From Myxococcota bacterium (GTDB lineage: Bacteria > Myxococcota > UBA4151), in assembly GCA_036338695.1 (NCBI GenBank), contig JAYZBQ010000042.1, positions 20,696 through 84,695 of the forward strand: 64,000 nt of DNA. The letters are read 5' to 3'. Of the stretch, positions 19,054 to 29,300 are shown one piece after another. The notes beneath the pieces are model-generated. The model did no database searches. It saw only the letters and a list, made by a program, of their open reading frames with translations, and had not been told where the DNA came from. Positions within the stretch are counted from its first letter, which is position 1. Every line of letters begins with the position of its first letter. The position numbers were made by a program, and so were the translations under genes.

Positions 19054-19950
19054 ATGACCATGCGATGTGCCCTTTTGTTCCTCAGTCTATCCGGTCTGGC
19101 TTGCGGTGACGGCGAGACGCTGATCGCCAACCGCTCCCCCCAAGCCTTTGCGGGCTTCGACCAAATCCTCGTTCAAGGTGGCTCCCTGCTCTTGGACGGG
19201 AGCCACAGCTTCGACCCCGACGACAATGGGCTCACCTACCGCTGGTCCTTGATCAGCGCGCCAACGGGCGTGACGCTGAGCGGCGACGACGAGGCGCAAG
19301 CCGAGCTCAGCGCCACCGCTCAGGCGCAGGGGACGGCGATCGTAGCGCTCGAGGTCAGCGATGGTCCGACCTGGTCATCCCCCGATTGGCTGCAGGTGCG
19401 TATTATCGCGCAGAGCGAGCGAGCGCGGCCAGTGGCGAAAGCCGGCTTTAATCGACACATGCGTTCCGGTGAGCCCGTGATCCTCGACGGCGACGCCAGC
19501 CAAGGCTCCGTCGACACCTACCGTTGGGTCCACCTGCGCAGCCCCGACGGCGATCATCGGGTCATACCGGATGGCGTCACGGCGCTCGTCAGCGACCTTG
19601 AGGTAGGCTTACACGTCTTCGGCTTGAGCGTGGCCCAATCTGGGCGCTGGTCGGTCATGGACTGCGTCTCGATCATGGTCTCTCAAGACGGCGGTCAGAC
19701 GGCGTTTCCCGAGGTGACCGTCGAGCAGCAGTCCGACGGCTCGGTCACGCTCGCTGCAGCCTCGGACACGCAGGTCAGCTGGGCGCTCGTCAGTGACCCG
19801 GCTGGCGCCTCGACTCAGCTTGACGGAATAGGTGACAACGGGACCCGTCTGGAGTACCGGTCGAACGCAAACGGAACGCATCTTTTCTCCGCAACCCTGG
19901 CAAACGGACTCTCGGACTGGGTAGCGGTGGAGCTGGAGAATACCCCATGA
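19054..19950 (+). CDS. Lipoprotein with PKD/K319-like Ig repeats
   Basis: Lipobox GLAC. Two repeats of A.AG.D/N...LDG..S.D....YRW. Confidence 0.8.
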   Translation: MTMRCALLFLSLSGLACGDGETLIANRSPQAFAGFDQILVQGGSLLLDGSHSFDPDDNGLTYRWSLISAPTGVTLSGDDEAQAELSATAQAQGTAIVALEVSDGPTWSSPDWLQVRIIAQSERARPVAKAGFNRHMRSGEPVILDGDASQGSVDTYRWVHLRSPDGDHRVIPDGVTALVSDLEVGLHVFGLSVAQSGRWSVMDCVSIMVSQDGGQTAFPEVTVEQQSDGSVTLAAASDTQVSWALVSDPAGASTQLDGIGDNGTRLEYRSNANGTHLFSATLANGLSDWVAVELENTP

Positions 19951-21167
19951 CGACCCTCAGCTTTGTATTGTTGGCGCCGATCTTTCTGACGCCCAGCGAG
20001 GAGGGCCCCGCCGTCGTCACCCCAGACGGTCTGGCGTGGCACCAGCTCGAGGCGAAGGCTCAGCGAGACTTCACCGTTCCGCGTACAGGTCAGCTCGTGC
20101 TGCTGGTGCGTCGCCTCGACCCAAAGCAAGGACCGGAGACGGTCAAGGTCGCCGTGACCCAAGGTGAGACAGCCATCTGGGAGACCGCGCTCAAGCAAGG
20201 GCGAGGGACCCAGCTGGGCGGCGTGGTCGCAGGGCGAGCCCAGCGCGGCACCTCCAAAGAGATGGTGCAGCAAGGCGTCATCACCGTGAATGTCCCGGAT
20301 GAAGGGCATGCCGGCGTGCTTGTGCAGATCGAGTTAATCCCCGATCTCGGTGAGCCCGCCCAGGATGCTGCCACCGCAAGGCTCGAGGCGGGCGCCAACC
20401 CGTCGGCGACACCGGCGCTCAAGGCTCCACAGCCTGCGCTGATCCAGCCCGGAACCCCGGAGCCAACGAGCGGTGCCATCACCGTCGCCAAAGCGGCGGT
20501 CCCCCCCCAAGGCACGCCGATCGCTGCGGCACCAGCGGCGCCGGCTGCTTCGACGCCCGAAGCCAAACCGGCGCTCCCGCCAGCGGCTGACGAGGTGATG
20601 CCAGCGCCTGCGAGTGCATCCAAGAAGCCCCTACCGGTCAGCGGCGTCGACGGCGGCGTCGGCTTCCGGCAAGCGGTCGGTGGGATCATGCAGAGCAACG
20701 CCAGCTTCCGGCTTGGTACCGATCTTCGCCAGGAGCTGCTCCCCAACATCAAAATGGGTCTGGAGCTGCGCCTCTCGTTCCTCGGTGCCCAGGGCAACGC
20801 CGCCATCCCGATGGCGGGGATGGTGAGCACCTCCGGCGTCACCACCCGTGAGGTTCAGGTCAGCGGCTGGAGTCTGCCGGTGCTGGTCCGGCTCACGCAG
20901 GCTGGCAACAGCGCACTGCAGACCATCCTGCTGGTCGGGCCTGCCTTCGGTGGCTTGTCGGTCACGCCAGGCTCACGTGCGGCACAGAGTCACAGCATGG
21001 CGGGCCTTGCAGGCATCGTTCGCCTGCAACCCAAAGAGGGGATCGCGCTCGGCCCCACACAGCTCCGGATCGGCGCTGAGCTGGGCTGGCAGGGTCTCTG
21101 GTCCGACAAGGTAAGCGCAAGCCGCGGCTTTGTCGGCGTGGACCTCGGGTTTCCCTGGAGCCTGTAA
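19947..21167 (+). CDS. Hypothetical exported protein with an A/P-rich linker and a probable C-terminal outer-membrane beta-barrel
   Basis: ATGA-coupled. Alternating hydrophobic strands at the C-terminus ending ...GVDLGFPWSL. Confidence 0.6.
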   Translation: MTTLSFVLLAPIFLTPSEEGPAVVTPDGLAWHQLEAKAQRDFTVPRTGQLVLLVRRLDPKQGPETVKVAVTQGETAIWETALKQGRGTQLGGVVAGRAQRGTSKEMVQQGVITVNVPDEGHAGVLVQIELIPDLGEPAQDAATARLEAGANPSATPALKAPQPALIQPGTPEPTSGAITVAKAAVPPQGTPIAAAPAAPAASTPEAKPALPPAADEVMPAPASASKKPLPVSGVDGGVGFRQAVGGIMQSNASFRLGTDLRQELLPNIKMGLELRLSFLGAQGNAAIPMAGMVSTSGVTTREVQVSGWSLPVLVRLTQAGNSALQTILLVGPAFGGLSVTPGSRAAQSHSMAGLAGIVRLQPKEGIALGPTQLRIGAELGWQGLWSDKVSASRGFVGVDLGFPWSL

Positions 21168-21586
21168 TGCGCTGGGCTCTCGTCAGCATTGCGCTCCTCA
21201 CGGCGTGCGCTCCTGAGGCGACGATCGAGGTGATCGCTCCACCGTTTCTGGTGGATAGCTACCCGGGTAATGGCAGCGTCATCCCCGCCGATCAGGCGAG
21301 CCCGCTGCTGTTTCGATTCTCCAAAGACATTGCAGACGCAGCGACCGCTAATCAGCACATCACGCTGGAGGTCATGGGCGATGGCAACGAGGCGACGGGC
21401 ACACTTCCCGTCGGTTCGTGCAGCACGCCCACCCAGCCGATGTTGCTCGAGTGCTCGATCGATGCGGCGCTCGATGCGGGGACCCGCTACCGAGTCACCA
21501 TCGGCACCGGGCTGAACTTCCTCACCGGAGAGGCGCTGCTAAGCCCCCACCAGCGCTGGTTCCAGACGCTCCCGAGCTCGGACTAG
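21167..21586 (+). CDS. Ig-like (Big_5 type) lipoprotein
   Basis: Lipobox LTAC. P.LVDSYPGNG...FRFSKDI...LDAGTRYRVTI..GL pattern. Confidence 0.75.
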   Translation: MRWALVSIALLTACAPEATIEVIAPPFLVDSYPGNGSVIPADQASPLLFRFSKDIADAATANQHITLEVMGDGNEATGTLPVGSCSTPTQPMLLECSIDAALDAGTRYRVTIGTGLNFLTGEALLSPHQRWFQTLPSSD

Positions 21587-22362
21587 TCGACACGCAGCTG
21601 TGTGAAGCGCACGGCACGACGCATCGAGTTCGAGTGGCTTGCGGCGAAGAGGACGAGCCGTCCGCGTGCGAATCCGAGGGACGCCTTGACGCTCACCGGC
21701 GCCCTCCCCTCCTCTTCGATGCGGATCAAGTCTGCGCTCACCACCAACCTGACGGAGACGCTCTTGAGGTGACGCCCCTCTCGCTCGACCTCAGGCCAGC
21801 CCTCGGTATCCCGCGCCAGCTCCTGCCCTTGTCGCTGGACCAACAGCTCGCGGCGCGCCGTCGCGCCAGGACCGACCCCGATAAAACTCAGGTGCGTGAC
21901 CTTAGGTAGGTCGCGCGGGTCGCCTTTGAGTTCAGCATCTTCGGGGACGATCGCTAAGCCCGCCGAGAGATACGATGCGTTGCTGTCTTCAAGCCAGTCG
22001 AGCTCGACCGTCATCGTCTGGGCTTGCGCCGAAAAGTCGAGCGCTTCCTTCCAGGCGGCGGCGGTGACGCTCACCTCTGCGTGCGGCCTCCCGTAGGTCT
22101 CGAGTTCCATACGCAGCCCGCGCTCATCCAAACGAATTTCACCTTGTTGCGCATCCAGCTGATGCGTCCAGGTCACCCAGTCGCTCGTCAGCGGCTGATC
22201 AAAACGATGAACCCATCGCGCCGAATCAGCGCCTGCATCCGGCGCAGCCGGAGTTGCGGAGGCTTCCTCGACAGGCTCTGCTACCGGACTCGGCGCCTGG
22301 GCGGAGCCGCAGTATGAACAGCCGCTAAGGGCGAGTCCCATGAGCGGCCACCAGCCCCTCAC
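21583..22362 (-). CDS. Hypothetical lipoprotein (beta-sandwich)
   Basis: Lipobox LSGC, A/P linker, beta-rich domain. Confidence 0.6.
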   Translation of the reverse strand: MRGWWPLMGLALSGCSYCGSAQAPSPVAEPVEEASATPAAPDAGADSARWVHRFDQPLTSDWVTWTHQLDAQQGEIRLDERGLRMELETYGRPHAEVSVTAAAWKEALDFSAQAQTMTVELDWLEDSNASYLSAGLAIVPEDAELKGDPRDLPKVTHLSFIGVGPGATARRELLVQRQGQELARDTEGWPEVEREGRHLKSVSVRLVVSADLIRIEEEGRAPVSVKASLGFARGRLVLFAASHSNSMRRAVRFTQLRVD

Positions 22363-22368
22363 GATGAT

Positions 22369-23199
22369 CTACTTGGCGAGCATCATGTACGCGCCCGCAC
22401 CAGCGACGGCGATCCCCGGAAACATCAACAGGTCAGCGATCAGCGCGGTTTCTTTCATGTCGGAGACCTTTGCCTCCCGGTCTGACTCGCTCATGGGCTC
22501 GGTGAGCTCATTGTGGAGACCCAGCGCGCTCATACCGAAATACGCACCGCCCCCGATCATTGCGACGCCGCCGCCGATCAAAGCGTACGACAAGGTCTTA
22601 TCGCTCGAGGCGGTTGTGGCAGGCGTTGCGACGGCTGGCGCTTGCTCAGGCGCTGCCGCTGCAGCCGCCTCTTCAGCGGGGGCAGCCGGTTGACCTGCAG
22701 CCGGCGCCTCAGCCGCCTTGGGCGCTGCCTCGGCGGCAGCCACTGCTGGCTCCGGTGCGGGCTCCGGTTCAGGTGCTGGGGCGGGGATGGCTGCGACGAG
22801 CGCTTCACCGAGCTTGTCATCAATCGGACCGCTCGCCCCACCGATTTTCTTCATGGTGGCGAGATCGAACAAGCCGACCTCACCCAGGCGCTTGTTTTTC
22901 AACGCCCACACGACGATCACGACGGCGTAGCCCAGCTTACCCGCGGCGATCTTCGCCAAACAATCAACGTTGCCTTTGCACGCCAGCGCCTTCTTCCCCG
23001 CGTCGCCACCGAGCGCCGTGAGGTTGTGTCCCGCCTTCTTGGCGGCGGCCTGAACGATCTTCTCAAGTTGAGCGGCAGCCTTCCAGTCAGCACCCTTCGC
23101 CTTCTTGCCGGCGACGATAGCTGGGATTTGGGACAACTCGGCAGCTCCTGCCGGGACCGCTAAACTGAGACTCAAAAGCGCGAACGCACAACGCATCAT
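22369..23199 (-). CDS. Hypothetical exported protein with an A/P/E linker and a Gly-rich hydrophobic C-terminal hairpin (like myxobacterial PEGA-associated proteins)
   Basis: Start reassigned to 23199 (GGAG RBS). Signal peptide, C..NVDCLA motif, C-terminal IGGGVAMIGGG...GIAVAGAG. Confidence 0.65.
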   Translation of the reverse strand: MMRCAFALLSLSLAVPAGAAELSQIPAIVAGKKAKGADWKAAAQLEKIVQAAAKKAGHNLTALGGDAGKKALACKGNVDCLAKIAAGKLGYAVVIVVWALKNKRLGEVGLFDLATMKKIGGASGPIDDKLGEALVAAIPAPAPEPEPAPEPAVAAAEAAPKAAEAPAAGQPAAPAEEAAAAAAPEQAPAVATPATTASSDKTLSYALIGGGVAMIGGGAYFGMSALGLHNELTEPMSESDREAKVSDMKETALIADLLMFPGIAVAGAGAYMMLAK

Positions 23200-23251
23200 G
23201 AATGGACTCCGATCATCGTTGAACCCCCATACCTTTCGCGCCACCAAAAGG

Positions 23252-23274
23252 AAAAGCCGGCATCGCCGGCTTTT
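23252..23274. terminator. Intrinsic terminator (symmetric) downstream of the giant gene
   Basis: AAAAGCCGGC-atc-GCCGGCTTTT. Confidence 0.75.
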
Positions 23275-23303
23275 CCACAAATCATGATGATTTGTTCTCG
23301 CTG

Positions 23304-26300
23304 CTACTGGCAGTATTCCGCCTCGTCGATCTCCGCCAACAGCGGATCTTCTTCGTCGTACCAGTAGCGGTTGTACAACCGAACGATACGACAGCGGTTC
23401 GCCATGTAGCGGTTGAGCGCACCATCGACGTCACCGCTCTGCAACTGCTCCATCCCAGCGCGCCACTCGGCGATACCGGTCAGAGCCATCTGATCTTCAC
23501 GGTAATCCAGCTCGTCTTCCTCATCACCGTCGAAGGTGGTGAGGGCGTTGAGGCTGTAGTGCAACGACACATCGAGCATGGCGTACACGGTGTGCGCCAG
23601 CGTGGTGCGCCAGTGCGTCGTATCCACCAACGCGCTCTGGATCTCACGGAAGTAGTCCACGACCTCGACGATGTTCAGGTAACACAAGGTGAACTGGCGA
23701 TCGTTGAGGCCCTGAAGGATCAACTGGTCAGTACACCGGGTCACGTTGCCCATCTTCTCGATGGCGCCTTGGAGCTGGGTGTAGCCCACTCGGCTCACGT
23801 CTCGAGCCGTGCGCAGCTGCTCACGGAAGACCCACTGAAGGAATCGCTGGATCGCAACGGTCAGGCCGATGCGAGCCTCGTCGAGTTCTTCGGCATCCGA
23901 GTCTTCGTTCCCAAACACGCTCATCGCCGTCTGGCGAGTCTCTTGAACACGGGAGTACAGATCGTACTCGAGCTCGTAGAGGTGAGCGAGCAGGTTGTAA
24001 CCGTCACGAGCCCGTGCAGCCTGGACCGAGCCGATGTTGCTCTGACGACCGCTCGCCAGCTGAGCGTTCGCACGGCCGATGTAGTTGCTCCACCACTCGA
24101 GGGCGAGATCGCTCTCGGAGCGCAGCTCCTCCATCGTGCTGACATACATCGTCATCTCACCCAACATCGCCGAGCCGATGTCCTTGGAGAACGTCGACAG
24201 GACCCGAGGACCGTCGTTGCGACGGGCAAGCAGCAAGGTGTTCGCTGCGTTGACCGCACGGCTAAAGCTCGGGCTCCAAGCGATCTGACGATCACGGAAA
24301 CCAGGCCCAGCGTTTTCACGAGTTCGTGCGTCCCAGTAGCCGAGCGACTCGGTCAAGTGCGTCACCGTGCTGTTGAGGTCATCTTCGTAGTCCTCGCCAC
24401 CGGCACCCTCGAGCATGGTTTCGACCCGTGCTTTCACGTCGACCAGGCTGCTGCGGTAGTCACGCAGCAGGAAGTATCGGTCGGTCGTGTTCACGTTGCC
24501 CGCGAAGTCACGAATCTGCAGCCGCAAGCGGTGCTGGTTCGTGCGGTCGTCGTCGAAGGTCCGCAGTCGAGCCATGTCGAGATACGGACGTTCGTTCGCC
24601 GTCACGCAGATCTCGGAGCCTGGCACGCAGTCCAGACCCGACACCTCACGCGAGCCAGTGATGAGCACGCCACGACCACGGACCGTGTGCCGAAGCAGGT
24701 TCGCCTCACCGCCCCACGGACGGCCTGGGTCACCCGGGTTCAAGATCATCGTGATCGACTGAATACCCGAACGCTCGTCGTTCATCGTCACGCCGCCCAA
24801 GTCGAGTCGGTTCCCGACGAACTGGCGCAGGAAGGTGTCGACATTGTCCGGATCCACGGCGTTGTTGATGAGCTTCTCGAAGTCATGCGTTGGCGCAATC
24901 GTGTCGATGCCGAAGCTCAAGTCCGGTATGAGCGCAAACTCGTCACAGTGCCAGACCATCACGTAGCCGCCGATGTAGTTCCCGTCCTCGGCGAAGATAC
25001 CGGTGAACAGGTTCTGATTCGGCTGTTGGATCACGCGCGTCGGGATCGGGATCCAGTCCCATTGCCCGGTGCGTGGGTCCTCGTTACAGTTCTGGTTACG
25101 AGTCAACAAGGTGACCTGGACCGAGACGTCGTCACGGACGTAGGTGCCCATCTCAACTTCAGCTCCGCCGCTGGTGACGCGCACTCGAGCGGTGAGCGTC
25201 GGGCGCCGCACCTCAACACGCATGTTGGTGCTGCGGCTGTTGCCCTGCGGATCGGCGATCGTCCAGCGCACGGTGTGCACGCGGATGTCGCCTTCCATGA
25301 CGCCGCCTTCGTTCCAACATGTGCCACCCTGATCTTCCGGACCGTCCGGATGCGACTTGGTCAGCGTCAGGCGGTTGTTCGGGTAGCTGTTGTCGAGCAC
25401 GCTCGGCCGCGGCAGGTACGCCGTCACGCAACCATCACGCAGACCCACGATCGCACGCGGCACCAAGGTAAAGGTCGGCGCCGTCGTATCGACGATGCGG
25501 ACCGGGTAGGTGCCCACGGTCATGTTCCCCGAGTCATCACGCACACGGACACGGACGGTGTGGTCACCCACGCCATCCGGGTTCGTCGAGCGAGCGAAGC
25601 GGTGCGTCGCCGCCGAGACGTAGCGTCCGTTGACCAAGGTCTCCTGCGTCACGTCGAGGCGTGCATCGCAAGCATCGGTCGCTTGGAAGTTGTTGGCATC
25701 CGGCGCGTTGGTCGTCAGGTTCTTGAGCGTGACGATCGTCCCAGCGACGCTCTGTGCTTCGACGATCTTAACCGGTCCGCCGCTGTACGCCGGGCGGGTC
25801 GTGTCACGCACGTCGAAGCGCTGGAAGGCGCTGAAGCCTTCGTTGCCCGCCGCATCCACGCCGCGCCAGCGGACGTAGTGCGTACCCTTCTGACGGAACG
25901 CCGACTCGTCCCAAGCCACGCAGCTCTGAGCGACCTGTCGTGGGCAGTAGAACGGCGTCGCCACCAGGCTGATCCCTTCCACAGCGTCGTCGACGCGCGG
26001 GGTACCCAAACGGGCGATCGCGATCCGGCTACCCGCTTGCACGTCCTGCTCGTACACTCGGTACGAAGGAGGCGTCACGCGCGGCGCCGTGCGGTCGAAG
26101 ACGAAGTGGCGAGAGGGACCTTGGATCACGGTACGCCACGGCTGCCCACGGCTGTGCTCCGCGACCACGCGCCAGCAGTAGTAGGTGTTGTCGTTGAGGT
26201 TTGCGATCCTCGCCGTGTGCGAGCCACGCGAGTCGCCCGTTGCGAGCGTCTGCCAGTTACCCCCAGCGCATCCGGTGAACCGGTTGGTCCCAGCTGCTCG

Positions 26301-29300
26301 ATACTGAACCGAAGCGTGAGCGTCCGGCGCCACCGAGAAAGCCAGGCTGGCGGTACGGTTCGCTTTGTCGATCGAGACGACGCGCTCGCCGCTGATCGCC
26401 GGGAACCGGCGTTCGATCCAAGGCGTGCTCGCCTGCCCCGCAAGGTTCGTCGCCGTCATCCGGGTGAAGTACGGCCGCCCCGCCGTGATGGCGTTGCTTC
26501 GGATCACACGGTTCCCCGTGCCGGTGTTGCGAACCTGACCGGCGTTGTCGGTCGCGATCACGTTGTTCGTGGTCGGCGCAGCGACCTGCGTGACCACGCC
26601 CACCGTGGTGTTCGGCTGCATCGACCAGGTGACCGTACCGGTGCTCCCGGCTTTGACGTACGGACCGTCGACTTCGTACCAGTCGACGACCGTGTTTCGG
26701 TCACCGCGTCCGAGGCCGTCCGGATTCCCGCCACAGCCACCGCACCAGTCGTTGTCAAAGCGAGCGCGGAAGGTGTGACGACCCGCCGTGACGTTCGCCA
26801 CCACCTGAAGCTCGTTGAAGTCAGACTGGCTCGTCGAGAAGAGCTCTCGCCGACCGATGCTCTGCCCATCGAGCTCGAAGGTGAAGTGTGCGTTCTCGGG
26901 GCCTGCCTGCGTCGCGGAGGCGCGCAGCTTGAAGACGTACTGTCCCTCTTCAGGCGCCGTGAAGGTGTAGACACGACCGCCCGCGCCGCACTGGTGAATG
27001 TTGCCGTTGACCGGAGTACATTCGCCATCACCTGCCGGGAGCGTCTCAATCTGGACACGGCGTTGTGTTGCGTTCGCCGTGGCAGCGAGGCGCACGTCGT
27101 TGCGCAGGATCCTCGGGATCAGCTGCAGCTCCGGCGTCACCACTGCGCCAACACCGGTTCCGGCCGTGTTCTCGGACTGGACACGGACGCAGTAGGTCGT
27201 GCCTCGAGTCAAGCGGGTGAAGTTGTGGGAGATCGACGTCGCCCGACCATTGGTCCGGTACGCCGCATGGAACGCCCCACCAGCGCAGGCGTTGCCGCCA
27301 CCGCCACGGTAGATACGAATCTCCATGTCACCCGGTACGTGCGAGCGACCTGAGACCTGCATCGACGCTTGCGGGTGGTTCAGCACCGCAGTGACCCCGC
27401 TGACGCGCGGTAGTTCTTCTTCGTACCGCGGGTTGCGCATCGAGACGACGGCACCCGACGAGACCGCTGCCGGCAACAACCGACCGTTGAGGTTCACGCT
27501 GTTGTTGCCCGAGCTCATCCCCTGCTTGACCCATCCGCCGCCACGGAAGCGGGCGAAGTGGACATCACGATAGCGGTAGATGATGTGGTTGCGACCGCGA
27601 ACGAAGACCGTCTGGAACTCGACGCGCGAGCCATTCGCACGCTCACGGCAGTCCCAGCTGATGATGAAGCGTTCCGGCGCGCCGCGCAGGTGCTTCCACA
27701 TCAACCGGTTGCAGTAGAGGTTCGCAAACATCGGCGCGATCAGGTTGTTGGGATCACCCGGGCTGCCGAAGTTGGCTGGTGCGGTGTCGACGCCAATGTT
27801 GGCGCCGCCCATCGACATCCAGCCGTCGGTCGAGGCGACCAAGCGGTTGTAGATGGTGCCGAAGTAGATGAACTTGAACGGTAAGCCGATGTTCACCGTG
27901 CGGTCGTCTTGATTCACGATCTGGCTCGGGCGCAGGTCAGCGATGTTGTCCCAGCCGCGCGAGTTGTTGATCGTGGCGGTGTAACCCGCCGACGAGACCG
28001 TCGCCGCGAAGGCGTCGACGTTCGCAGCCTGGGACACCGAGAGCGGTCCGTTGATCGCACGCACCTTCACGCAATGCGTCGTGCCCTGGCTGACCGGCGC
28101 CGTGCGCCAGTCTAGGAAGCCTGCGTTGCCGGTGCGGTTCGCGATACGCGATCCTGAGCAGTTACCGCCCGATGCGCTGCCGCGGTAGACCTCAGCCTCC
28201 CAGCTAGCAGCATGACGGAACTGCGAGGCAAGGTGGATGCCCATACCCGCTTGGTTACCCGTTCCTTGGAAGAAGGTGATCTGCGGGTAGTGCAACACGA
28301 ACTCGGTGCGCAGCGAGCGCCGATCACCGCCCGTATTGAGCCGCAGGATGATGCAGTAGTGGTAGCCGCGCGCGACCGACCACGTGCGGTTCATGCTGCC
28401 TTCGCTCGGGAAGGAGCTGCTCGCCTGCAAGCCCTGCGTGTTGTTGCAGCCACCGTTTGCCGGCGAACCACCGCGGTACAAGTGCACCGTGTACGCCGAG
28501 CTGTAGGTCCAGTCAGCCGTGACATTAATACGGCCGCTGTACTGGTTCACGCTCGCACGCATCCACTGAATCTCGGGATTAAACAGGGTCCCCAAGTTGG
28601 TCGTGCGTACATCTTGCCCCAGCGCCAAGCGGGCGCAATACTGATAGCCACGCCGAATACCGGGTGTGTTCCCTGGCGTGAAGGTGTAGTCCAAGCTGCT
28701 CTGACGGTTCCAGGCGATCGGCACGACCTTGATCGGCCCGCCCGTGCAGTTGCCGTTACGATACAGCGACAGGTTGGCGTCGGCTGCGGCGTATCGGCGC
28801 CAGCGGGCGCGGACCGTAAAGCTCGCCGCTTCCTGGTTGATGCTGCCCGTCAGGCTGTGCGGTGTACCGCGACTGCTACGTACCATATGTCCTGCGACTC
28901 GGTTTCCGCCGTCGCGCGTCACCGCCTGCAAGCAGTAGTTCGTGTGCCGCGCGATGCGTGGCCACGCGTTCGTGTTCGTAAACGTGCGGGTGAACGAGCT
29001 GCTCGCCCCATAGCGCTGCCGGAACACCTCCTGGCCGTTGACACAGCGACCGTTCGAGAGCGCGCCGCCTTTGTACAAATACATATCGATCGGCGCCGCA
29101 AAGCTCGTGTTCACCTGAGCGCGAAGCTGTGGATAGTCCGGGTTGATGGCGTCAAGCCGCACATTCGTGAGGCGAGCGTAATCCACGACAGGCGTCATCC
29201 AGGCGTGCTGATACTCACGCCCTGGCCCACGATAGTTGACCAAATGAACGCAGTAACGATGCCCGCGGTACAAGCCGCTAAAGTCGTAACTAAACGACGA

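Noticed and set aside
23292..27353. 1353-aa plus-strand ORF, and many other long antisense ORFs in the track
   Set aside because: Shadow frame exactly opposite the giant gene. Its V/R/H/A-rich composition has no motifs, as expected from high-GC codon bias.
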